Assembly (NCBI GenBank): GCA_938002015.1
Contig: CALLAU010000029.1
Location: forward strand, 6,169 to 70,168
Source of the DNA: an uncultured Bdellovibrionales bacterium
Lineage (GTDB): Bacteria; Bdellovibrionota; Bdellovibrionia; Bdellovibrionales; UBA1609
Length of the DNA stretch: 64,000 bases
Direction of reading: 5' to 3'
A program made the position numbers and the translations under genes. Of the stretch, positions 56,315-64,000 are shown piece after piece; the stretch's first letter is position 1; the number at the start of each line of letters is the position of its first letter. The notes under the pieces are model-generated. The model was not told where the DNA came from and did not search any database. It saw nothing but the letters and a program-made list of their open reading frames with translations.

Positions 56315-57010
56315 ATGATCACAGAAACAATAAACAACGAAAATGTTAAAATTTTAATAGTAGATGATGAGAAAGAACTTGCAGGGCAAATATCTGATTC
56401 ACTAGAACTTGAGGGCTTTAAAACAAGAACTCTTAACAACCCCCTTCTCATCAGATCTTACATAGAAGATTTTGACCCAAGTATTATTCTCTTAGATAAA
56501 TTGATGCCCGAAAAAGACGGTATTGATGTCTTAAAGGAAATTAGAAGTGATGATTTTGCTAAATTCACTCCAATCATTATGCTCACAGCTTGCGCCGGAA
56601 AGTTTGATAAAATATGGGCTTTTAAATCAGGAGCTGATGATTATATCTGCAAGCCATTTGATATTGATGAACTGATTGAGAGAGTTTATGCGATCAAAAG
56701 ACGAAGCGCTCAAAGCCAAAAGAAGGTAATTGGTTATAATGGGCTTGAAATAGCTATTAGAGGTCAGTTTGTCTCGGTTGGTAATACGGAAGTGAATCTT
56801 ACTGTTACTGAATTTAATCTTTTAAAAGAGCTCATGAAAAGAAAAGGCGAAGTTTTGTCCAGAAAGGAAATTTGCCTGCAAGTTCTAGGAAAAGAATACA
56901 CCGTTGAAAGAACTGTAGATGTTCATATTGTTTCTTTAAGAAGAAAACTTAAACATGTTGGTGAAAAAATAAAAACCGTTCGAGGGGTTGGCTACAGGCT
57001 GGTCTCTTAA
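56315..57010 (+). CDS. OmpR/PhoB-family response regulator, paralogue of 54334..55020
   Basis: ILIVDDEKEL, ILLDKLMPEKDGIDVL, MLTACAGKFDKIWAFKSGADDYICKPFDIDEL, VRGVGYRLVS. Long identical stretches with the other OmpR-type protein. Confidence 0.85.
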   Translation: MITETINNENVKILIVDDEKELAGQISDSLELEGFKTRTLNNPLLIRSYIEDFDPSIILLDKLMPEKDGIDVLKEIRSDDFAKFTPIIMLTACAGKFDKIWAFKSGADDYICKPFDIDELIERVYAIKRRSAQSQKKVIGYNGLEIAIRGQFVSVGNTEVNLTVTEFNLLKELMKRKGEVLSRKEICLQVLGKEYTVERTVDVHIVSLRRKLKHVGEKIKTVRGVGYRLVS

Positions 57011-57028
57011 TTTAAGCTCTACTAATAG

Positions 57029-57058
57029 CATGAGGCTGAAAAATAAAACAGCCTCATG
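57029..57058. terminator. hairpin between convergent genes (possible bidirectional terminator)
   Basis: Perfect 10-bp stem CATGAGGCTG/CAGCCTCATG with A-rich 10-nt loop. The right arm contains the stop codon of the minus-strand gene. Confidence 0.5.
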
Positions 57059-57725
57059 AATTGCCTTGTGAAACAGGCATAATTATTTGAACCTTAAACC
57101 TCTCACCTGCTTTTGCTTCTATATTAAACTGACCATCAAAATTTTCGACAATCAATTTACAAAAAAACAAACCCAAGCCTAAACCTTCAGCCTCTTTTCC
57201 AATGTTGCAAAAAGGCTTTATTTGTCTAACTCCTTCCTTTAGTACACTTCCATTATCCAAAAGTTCTACAGTAAAAAACTCACCTCTTTTTCTAGATTTA
57301 ATTTTTAGCTCTAAGTTTTTATCACCAAATTTTTGAGAGTTACAAAAAAGCTCATAAAAAACTGATACAAATATTCTATCTTGAAAGACAACAGGAACTT
57401 CTTCTACAAGCTCTACATTAATACCTTTAAGTTCAGTCTTCTCTAAATTACAGGAAACACACTCCTTTAAAGAAACGGGCTTTTCTGATTTTTCTAACAA
57501 GAACTGACTAAACCTAAGGGTACCACTAATTATTTCTTGAAGTCTTAACGACGACGATTGAATAAAATCTATAGACTCATTAAATTCACTCCTAAGACTC
57601 TCACTAACAATTGCCTCTTCTTGCTTAAGCTTATTAGTGAAAAACTTAATATGCCGAGTAGGCGCTTCTATTTCATGACAAAAAGTGGAGACCAGGTCCC
57701 TTAAAAGATCATGCCTCACATTCAC
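57054..57725 (-). CDS. sensor-less histidine kinase core (DHp + HATPase only)
   Basis: H-box FCHEIEAPTRHI (SHDL..PLR type), N-box NSQKFG, G boxes DNGS / GLGLGL. Its GTG start overlaps the upstream TAG by 1 nt (taGtg). Confidence 0.7.
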   Translation of the reverse strand: MNVRHDLLRDLVSTFCHEIEAPTRHIKFFTNKLKQEEAIVSESLRSEFNESIDFIQSSSLRLQEIISGTLRFSQFLLEKSEKPVSLKECVSCNLEKTELKGINVELVEEVPVVFQDRIFVSVFYELFCNSQKFGDKNLELKIKSRKRGEFFTVELLDNGSVLKEGVRQIKPFCNIGKEAEGLGLGLFFCKLIVENFDGQFNIEAKAGERFKVQIIMPVSQGNS

Positions 57726-59224
57726 TAACCTAACTGGCCTCGATCCTCTAAGCAGAAATCAATAAGTTTTGCAGTATCAAATGGCTTTTGAAACAATGTA
57801 TAGTAGACATTGTCATTTAAGCTCTCTATTTCAGCTGCGAATTTTAAAGAATCCCCAATCAAAGCTATTTCGGGGTATGTCTCAAGCTGACTTACAATCG
57901 ATATAAAGTTATCCAATTCAAAACCGCTAATATCTGTATCTAAAACAATTTTCCCAATATCCTCATTCTTTCTTAATTTTAACAGTGCTTCACTATAGTC
58001 TGAGGCCTCATAGACTAAACAATTCTTTTCTTCAAGAATTGTGGCAAACAAAGCTCTCATCTTCTTCTTGTCATCAACAACGAGAACCTTTCTTTTTAGC
58101 GGCTGAAAACTTTTGGCATCCTTTGGTATAGATATCCTTACCCTTGTGTTACCTTCTTCACTTAAACCAAAGTTCATTTTTCCTGAGTGAGACTCAATAA
58201 TAGACTTACTGATGCTAAGGCCAAGGCCAGTACCTCCATCAGCTTTCTTAGTTGTAAAAAATGGAGTGTAAATCTTTTCCTGTAACTCGCTACTAATGCC
58301 ACGACCAGAGTCAATAATATTTATCTCAAAATAATTCACACTTTCTGTAGAGGTTATCTTAATCCACTTGTCTTCAAATTTTAATACTTCATCAACAGCA
58401 TTGTTGATTATGTTTACCAAGACTTGGATGATTTCTCCTGGACGACAATCAATGTAGTTTCCTTTAGAAATAGGTCCAATATCAATCTTAATTCTATTAG
58501 ATCTAATTTTTCCAAAACAAATCTCAACTGCTTCATCTACTAAAGTTTTAAAATCAACTCTTTCAAAAGGGTCAAGTTCTGAATTTCTACTATACCTAGT
58601 TAAACTCGCTGTTATTTTACTCATCCGCTTAACTGTAGTTTCTGCCTTCTCAAGTAAGTTAACCGCATCTTCTCCGGTCAACTTACCCATTAAGGCTTTC
58701 TTCTTCATATTTGCAAGGAGGAGTGATAACAAAGAGATTGGGTTATTAACCTCATGAGCCACTCCACTAACCAGCTCTCCAAGCATAGACATTTTAATTG
58801 ATTTTAATAACTTAGCTTGCTGCTCCATGAAAATGCTCTCAGTTTTTTTTCTCTCAAGAGCATAACGAATCGATTTATCCAGTGTATAAAAACTTAAATC
58901 TTCTTTGATTATGTACTCATCTACACCTAAAGCTTGAGCTTCTCTATCAACTGCCTCATGACCAAAGCTTGTTAAAAGAATAAATGGGTCTCCACAACCC
59001 TTCTCCTTAACCTCTTTGATTAAATCAATACCACTGTCTTGGCCTAAGTTATAGTCTACGATGTGGACATCATATTCATTGGATAGTATTTTTGACACGG
59101 CCTCAGATTTAGTTTTAACCCAGGATAACTTATACTGATGAAAACTGTTTTTCGCGAACAAACTCTTTAGAATCTCAAACTCTACTTCACTATCATCAAC
59201 AATTAGTACTTTGCGTGTTACCAT
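57725..59224 (-). CDS. hybrid REC - histidine kinase - REC protein
   Basis: N-terminal REC (VLIVDDSEVE, HIVDYNL), H-box AHEVNNPISL, N-box NNAVDE, G boxes DSGRGIS / GGTGLGL, C-terminal REC-like domain (VLVVDDKKKM, VLDTDI, QKPFD). Confidence 0.8.
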   Translation of the reverse strand: MVTRKVLIVDDSEVEFEILKSLFAKNSFHQYKLSWVKTKSEAVSKILSNEYDVHIVDYNLGQDSGIDLIKEVKEKGCGDPFILLTSFGHEAVDREAQALGVDEYIIKEDLSFYTLDKSIRYALERKKTESIFMEQQAKLLKSIKMSMLGELVSGVAHEVNNPISLLSLLLANMKKKALMGKLTGEDAVNLLEKAETTVKRMSKITASLTRYSRNSELDPFERVDFKTLVDEAVEICFGKIRSNRIKIDIGPISKGNYIDCRPGEIIQVLVNIINNAVDEVLKFEDKWIKITSTESVNYFEINIIDSGRGISSELQEKIYTPFFTTKKADGGTGLGLSISKSIIESHSGKMNFGLSEEGNTRVRISIPKDAKSFQPLKRKVLVVDDKKKMRALFATILEEKNCLVYEASDYSEALLKLRKNEDIGKIVLDTDISGFELDNFISIVSQLETYPEIALIGDSLKFAAEIESLNDNVYYTLFQKPFDTAKLIDFCLEDRGQLG

Positions 59225-59280
59225 AAAAGCATTCTAATGAAAGTTTGAATTAAAACAACAATTTAAATAAAATATGTTTA

Positions 59281-59700
59281 CTAAAAGTGCTTGTCAATTA
59301 TGCTCTTAAGACTTTCCGGGTCAACAGGTTTTACTAGATAGTCTCTGACAAAATCATAACCCATAGTACGCTCTTTATCTTCATGTAACTGTGAAGACGT
59401 AAACATCATAACAACAACAGAATCATAAAATTTATCATTTAAAGCTCTTAGTTTCTCAAATTCTTTTAAGAACTCAAATCCGTTCATTTTAGGCATATTC
59501 ACATCTAAAAGTATCAGTGTAGGAGGAAAGCGATCCCCAAACTCAGCCTTATGCTCGTCGTAACTTGCCAAGATACTCATTGCTTCTTCACCATCTCTTG
59601 CTTCAAAAATTAAATCTGCAATTTGGTTTTGCTTGATAGACCACTTAGCAATATAGCGATCAGCTTCTGTATCATCAACTATCATAACAGATTTTAACAT
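59281..59700 (-). CDS. single-domain response regulator
   Basis: VMIVDDTEADR, LILLDVNMPKMNGFEFL, LVKP. 139 aa. Confidence 0.85.
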   Translation of the reverse strand: MLKSVMIVDDTEADRYIAKWSIKQNQIADLIFEARDGEEAMSILASYDEHKAEFGDRFPPTLILLDVNMPKMNGFEFLKEFEKLRALNDKFYDSVVVMMFTSSQLHEDKERTMGYDFVRDYLVKPVDPESLKSIIDKHF

Positions 59701-59716
59701 GTAAAAATTATAAACA

Positions 59717-61543
59717 TTACATATTTAAAGGCAAGCAAATAACAAACTTAGAACCTTCAAACTCAGTACTTTCAAAATAAATCCTGCCCTTTAAAGCTTC
59801 TATATGCCTCTTAACCAGATAAAGCCCCAGACCAGAGCCTCTTTGTTCGTGGTGAAAACGCTGAAACATTTGAAAGACTTTAGAGTGTTGAGTTTTTGAT
59901 ATACCAAGTCCATTATCTTTGACCGTAACGAGAAGTTTATCAGTCTTTAAATCTTTTTCCACACTTATCTCTAAAGTAGATACCTCTTTATCATGATCTC
60001 TATACTTAATGGCATTGGAAACTAGGTTATGAATCACTTGCCTTAACCTAACAGGATTAGTCAAAACTGATTCTACTTGCAAATTTAATGTCACGATAAC
60101 TTGTGCTTCATAGTTTAAATCGCTTATGACTTCACTTATTTCTTTTTTAAAAACAAACTGATCTTGAGTTTCCTCTAAATGCGCTGACTTGCTTAAGCTT
60201 AGTAAATCGTTGATCAAACGCCTCAGCCTATCAGTTGTTTGGGATATTTTAATTAAATTGTTATTTACTTCTTCATAATCTTTGCTTCTCATTTGAGATT
60301 GAGCAATAAAAGATAGGCCTTTAATAGATGCTAGTGGAGCACCTAAATCATGGGAGATACGGTAGTTAAACTGTATCAATTCCTCATTTAATTTTCTTAA
60401 CTCCTCTTGCGCCTTCATCTGCTCATTCATATCAAACGCGCAAAGCACAACTCCTGTAACATTACCAAACTGATCATAATAAGGAGTTTTATCAGTCCTT
60501 ATCCAGTTCATATCGCCAAACTTATCCTCTACCTTTTCAATAATACCAAGTTTTGGCCGCCCAGATCGGATCACTTCCATATCATCCTCATGGTACTTAT
60601 CGCACATGACTTTATCATAAAAGTCCGAACTCTTTCTTCCGTTCATATCTTCTGGTTTAAGACCTTTCATATCGGCAGCATACTTATTTACTCGCACCAT
60701 AATGTCATCAGCACTTTTATGCATAACAAGTCCTGGAATAGCATCGAATACATTCTGTAATTCACGACTACTATGTTGATACTTAAGCTCATTTTCCTTC
60801 TCTAAAGTAATGTCCTTATTTATTCCTATCATGAGGCTTTTTTTTGATTGCCCATCAGATACGAATGTACCTACAGCTTTAATATACCGAACAGCCTGGT
60901 CACTCCCTCTAATAATTCTAAATTCTGTATCAAAAACTTCATTATTCTCAACAGCAGCCTCTAACTGCGTAAACACAATATCTCGATCTTCAGGAAATAT
61001 ACTGCCTTTCCAGAGATCATAATTTACTAGATCACTTGATTTTTCATGGCCATATATTTTCTTCATATTCTCATCCCAGATAAGCCGGTCAGATTCCAAA
61101 TTCCACTCCCAAAAACCAATACTAGCAGCATTTAAAACAACTGATATTTTCTGATTCGCTAAAGCTAACTGTGAGGAGAGTTTTTTTTGAGAGTCAATTT
61201 CTTGAAAAATCCCCTCTAATCCAACTAGCTTACTCTCTTTAAAAACTGGCTGCCCAAGAGCCCTTACCCACTTAACTTTGCCTGACTTAGTTAATATCTG
61301 AAGCTCAACGTCCCACGGTTTTTTATCTGCTATTGCTTGGTTAATACATTTTCGAATAACAGGCCTATGCTCAGGAATATAATAGTTGATACCTTCTTCA
61401 ACTAAAATCTTTGTTCCTCTTTTAACCTCATGAACATCATAAACAGCGTCACTCCAAAATAAGCTGTTTTCATTTATGTCTAAAAACCAAGTCCCTATTT
61501 TGGCAACTTCTTCTAGTTTTGTGATTATTCTTTGAGAGTTCAA
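59717..61543 (-). CDS. multi-PAS/PAC cytoplasmic sensor histidine kinase
   Basis: Three PAS/PAC-like segments (WFLDINENSLFWS, WEWNLESDRLIWD, third before residue 380), H-box SHDLGAPLASIKG, N-box NAIKY, G boxes DNGLGIS / GSGLGL. TTG start 7 nt after AGGAG. Confidence 0.8.
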   Translation of the reverse strand: MNSQRIITKLEEVAKIGTWFLDINENSLFWSDAVYDVHEVKRGTKILVEEGINYYIPEHRPVIRKCINQAIADKKPWDVELQILTKSGKVKWVRALGQPVFKESKLVGLEGIFQEIDSQKKLSSQLALANQKISVVLNAASIGFWEWNLESDRLIWDENMKKIYGHEKSSDLVNYDLWKGSIFPEDRDIVFTQLEAAVENNEVFDTEFRIIRGSDQAVRYIKAVGTFVSDGQSKKSLMIGINKDITLEKENELKYQHSSRELQNVFDAIPGLVMHKSADDIMVRVNKYAADMKGLKPEDMNGRKSSDFYDKVMCDKYHEDDMEVIRSGRPKLGIIEKVEDKFGDMNWIRTDKTPYYDQFGNVTGVVLCAFDMNEQMKAQEELRKLNEELIQFNYRISHDLGAPLASIKGLSFIAQSQMRSKDYEEVNNNLIKISQTTDRLRRLINDLLSLSKSAHLEETQDQFVFKKEISEVISDLNYEAQVIVTLNLQVESVLTNPVRLRQVIHNLVSNAIKYRDHDKEVSTLEISVEKDLKTDKLLVTVKDNGLGISKTQHSKVFQMFQRFHHEQRGSGLGLYLVKRHIEALKGRIYFESTEFEGSKFVICLPLNM

Positions 61544-61626
61544 AAAGCCGCTCCTAATATAAATACATTTTGTTTATATTCTTTCATATACAAAATAATT
61601 GCAAATAAGGAAGCTCTTTTTTTAAT

Positions 61627-62406
61627 CTAAAATGTAATTACTTCTTCTCCATCTAGAGTCATAAACTCATAACCAGAGTCTGTTATAAGCATTGTATGCT
61701 CAAACTGAGCTGAATTCGTGCCATCAGCTGTCAGGTAGTACTTAATATCTGAGCCTTCAATGCTATGCTCAGAGTAAGGCTTTGAATTCATATTAATCAT
61801 AGGCTCTACAGTCACACAGGTCCATGGCCTAAACATCTCTCCCTTTCCTTTTTTACCAAAAGAAGGAACAAAGGGGTCCTTATGGAAAGTCGTTCCTATG
61901 CCGTGACCACCAATCTCTCTTACAGCGAAGTAGCCCTGTTTCATAACATATTTATTTACTGCAAATCCCACATCACCAGTTTTTCCAAAAGGTTTGAGCT
62001 CATTTATACCTTTATGCATAGCAGTATAAGCCACCTCTGTTAGCTTACGGTCTTCTTCTGAAACCTCTCCCACAAAAAAAGTTGCCGATGTATCTCCGTG
62101 ATACCCACCAGCTACAATAGAGGTCACATCTACATTTATACTATCGCCTTCTTTTAAAGTATAATCTGTTGGAAGACCATGGCAGATACAATCATTAACA
62201 GACGTACAAACAGACTTAGGAAAGCCCTTATAGCCTAAAGGAGCTGGCTTAGCGTCATTTGAAAGCGTAAAGTCATAAACAATCTTATCAATTTCATTTG
62301 TAGTGATTCCTGGCTTAATAAATGGCTTTACATGTTTAAGAGTTCTCGCAGCAAGTCTACCTGCTTTCTCCATTCCTTGCACAAAACTTGCTCTTCCTGC
62401 TTCCAT
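61627..62406 (-). CDS. map: type I methionine aminopeptidase
   Basis: MEKAGRLAA, CHG.P, DVT...GY.GD, GHGIG..FH, EPM, QFEHT: the pita-bread metal-ligand motifs in order. Confidence 0.9.
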   Translation of the reverse strand: MEAGRASFVQGMEKAGRLAARTLKHVKPFIKPGITTNEIDKIVYDFTLSNDAKPAPLGYKGFPKSVCTSVNDCICHGLPTDYTLKEGDSINVDVTSIVAGGYHGDTSATFFVGEVSEEDRKLTEVAYTAMHKGINELKPFGKTGDVGFAVNKYVMKQGYFAVREIGGHGIGTTFHKDPFVPSFGKKGKGEMFRPWTCVTVEPMINMNSKPYSEHSIEGSDIKYYLTADGTNSAQFEHTMLITDSGYEFMTLDGEEVITF

Positions 62407-62518
62407 AAAAAAATACCTCTATCTTGTATAGAGGTACTTACCACCAGGAAAAAAAAACGACAAGACTTTAAGATAAGAGAATTTTAAAGTAAAAAAGAAT
62501 TGGCTTACTTAATGGACT

Positions 62519-63799
62519 CTACTCACTTGCTATAGACCTAACCCCTTCTGTATCTGGATCAAGGAGGTTTAAATCAGAATCATCTATTCCTTGAAACTTC
62601 ACAAAGCCCTTAAGGTGAGGGTTATCAATTAATACCGTATTGATGTCTTGAAACAAATTATCTCTTAAATCAATTTTAAAGGCTTTTTTGATCTTTTTTC
62701 TATTTAAGAAAACCACTGCCGTAAGTTTATTAAAGCTTAAATTAAGTTTCTTAATTTTAACTTTATCTGCAAAATTAATGTGAAGCTTGTCTTTTAGAGC
62801 ATTATCTCTTAGCGAGATTTTCTTAAGTTCAGAAAGTGTTGAAAAGTCTAAATTACCACTAATAAAGTTCTTTGCTAAGTTGAGATTTCTAAGCTTAAGT
62901 AGTGTAGAAATCACTGAAAGCGCATCTTTATCTAAACGGTTATTACTTAAATCAAGTACTTTAATCGAACTCAGTCCTAGTAAAAAACCTACCTGCAATA
63001 AATTATTATTCTTTAAAGTAAGCTTCTTTAAACGCATGTCAACACGACCTAAAGATGAGAAATCAAACTCTTTCATATTATTACAAATAAGCGTTTTTAA
63101 CGAAGTCAGGTCTTGTAAGTACTCTTCCCTAATCACTTTATTTCTACTTATATTAAGATGCTTTAATTTACTTAACTCACTTAATGAACTTATATCTATT
63201 CTATAAGGGAGGTTTGAAATATCGAGTGATTCAAGCTCAACTTTAGAGAATAGAACTGATAAATCAAAAATATCATTCCCTTTAAGATTAAGTTTTTTAA
63301 CAGAAAGCCTTGCTAGAGCAGTGATATCTTCAATCTTATTATTAGCTAAATTTAGGCTTTCTAATTCACTAAAACCAGACATAAATGAGATATCAGATAT
63401 GGCATTACCTTTTAGTTTTAACTTCTTAAGTTTCTTAAGACTAAGAAGAGGGCTGTAATCATCAATAATATTTCCTGATAAATCCAGCACTTCTAAATTA
63501 GAGAACATCGCAATATCTCTAATATCAAATATACCAGCATCTACAAATTTTAATTTTTTAATTTCTAAAAAATCCTCTTTTTTCATCTGATAAGGACTCT
63601 TATCCATTAACTTTATTGAAGCCTCTTCAATTGTTTTACTATAAAAAAGAGTTGAACTCGGTTTTTCATCTTCCTGAGTCACACTCCCGTTACTTGAAAA
63701 ACCTTGAGAATCAGTACTTTCAAAACCGTCTTGATTACAACCAAAAATCATGAAAGCGAGTACAATGAGTAGAATAGATCTTTTATATATATTTTGCAT
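62519..63799 (-). CDS. leucine-rich-repeat (internalin-like) lipoprotein
   Basis: The ATG at 63799 gives lipoprotein signal ..LAFMIFGC|NQD (the ORF track starts at TTG 63829). About 13-14 consecutive ~22-aa LRRs (L..L.L..N.I.D(I/L)..L..L). Confidence 0.75.
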   Translation of the reverse strand: MQNIYKRSILLIVLAFMIFGCNQDGFESTDSQGFSSNGSVTQEDEKPSSTLFYSKTIEEASIKLMDKSPYQMKKEDFLEIKKLKFVDAGIFDIRDIAMFSNLEVLDLSGNIIDDYSPLLSLKKLKKLKLKGNAISDISFMSGFSELESLNLANNKIEDITALARLSVKKLNLKGNDIFDLSVLFSKVELESLDISNLPYRIDISSLSELSKLKHLNISRNKVIREEYLQDLTSLKTLICNNMKEFDFSSLGRVDMRLKKLTLKNNNLLQVGFLLGLSSIKVLDLSNNRLDKDALSVISTLLKLRNLNLAKNFISGNLDFSTLSELKKISLRDNALKDKLHINFADKVKIKKLNLSFNKLTAVVFLNRKKIKKAFKIDLRDNLFQDINTVLIDNPHLKGFVKFQGIDDSDLNLLDPDTEGVRSIASE

Positions 63800-64000
63800 G
63801 TGTTTAAAATCGGATCGAGGTAGAGACAAGTGAAGTAAATCTCTTAAATAAAATCAATGTTAAGAATAGTTTAATTTTAACAAAAGCACTTTCTTGCTCA
63901 AATAAAAACAAAGAACATTCAGCACCAAAGAGCCATTAATAACTAGCAACAATATTAATATGTTGTTAACAAAAAAAAGCCCCTTACAAAAAGTAAGAGG

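Noticed and set aside
1-64000. Mobile elements, CRISPR arrays, tRNA/rRNA genes, toxin-antitoxin or restriction-modification style defence cassettes.
   Set aside because: No transposase, integrase or recombinase-like ORF, no regularly spaced direct repeats and no tRNA-like or rRNA-like GC-rich structured segments were seen in any intergenic region. The window looks like core chromosome with lineage-specific secreted proteins rather than a defence island.
63960-64000. Possible terminator hairpin at the very end of the window (aaaaaaaagccccttacaaaaagtaagagg).
   Set aside because: The structure is truncated by the window edge, so the 3' arm and T tract cannot be verified.

Overview
AT-rich (about one-third GC by eye), densely packed bacterial chromosome segment. 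I saw no rRNA, tRNA, CRISPR array, IS element, integrase or prophage signature. The many signal-peptide or lipoprotein ORFs of unknown function, plus secreted hydrolases (EEP nuclease, S1 protease, SleB-like lytic enzyme, PD-(D/E)xK-like nuclease, PAD-like deiminase), suggest a Bdellovibrio-like or Halobacteriovorax-like predator; that is inference only. Confident housekeeping genes are gcvP (3' part), rimO, selO, orn, ahcY, map, pbpC, an MscS-family channel and a yhhQ-like transporter. Notable loci: (1) a signalling island at 50.7-61.5 kb with 5 histidine kinases and 5 receiver-domain proteins. It encloses a translationally coupled pair: a heme-oxygenase-like diiron enzyme and an acyltransferase-like protein, preceded by a perfect 12-bp hairpin that covers the ribosome-binding site. 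A 17-nt box is also shared by the upstream regions of two paralogous OmpR-type regulators. (2) A five-gene operon with amnB-like and amnA-like extradiol dioxygenase subunits, an asparaginase-II-like amidohydrolase, RidA and SelO. The expected semialdehyde dehydrogenase sits 13 kb away with a luciferase-like monooxygenase and an SDR. (3) A 1946-aa alpha-2-macroglobulin with no Cys anywhere near the thioester position, although it lies divergent to pbpC. (4) A tandem TTCGTC-N13-GACGAA operator-like pair upstream of a codon-optimised secreted-protein gene. All functional calls come from motifs read in the translated ORFs and remembered family signatures; none was verified by a search.
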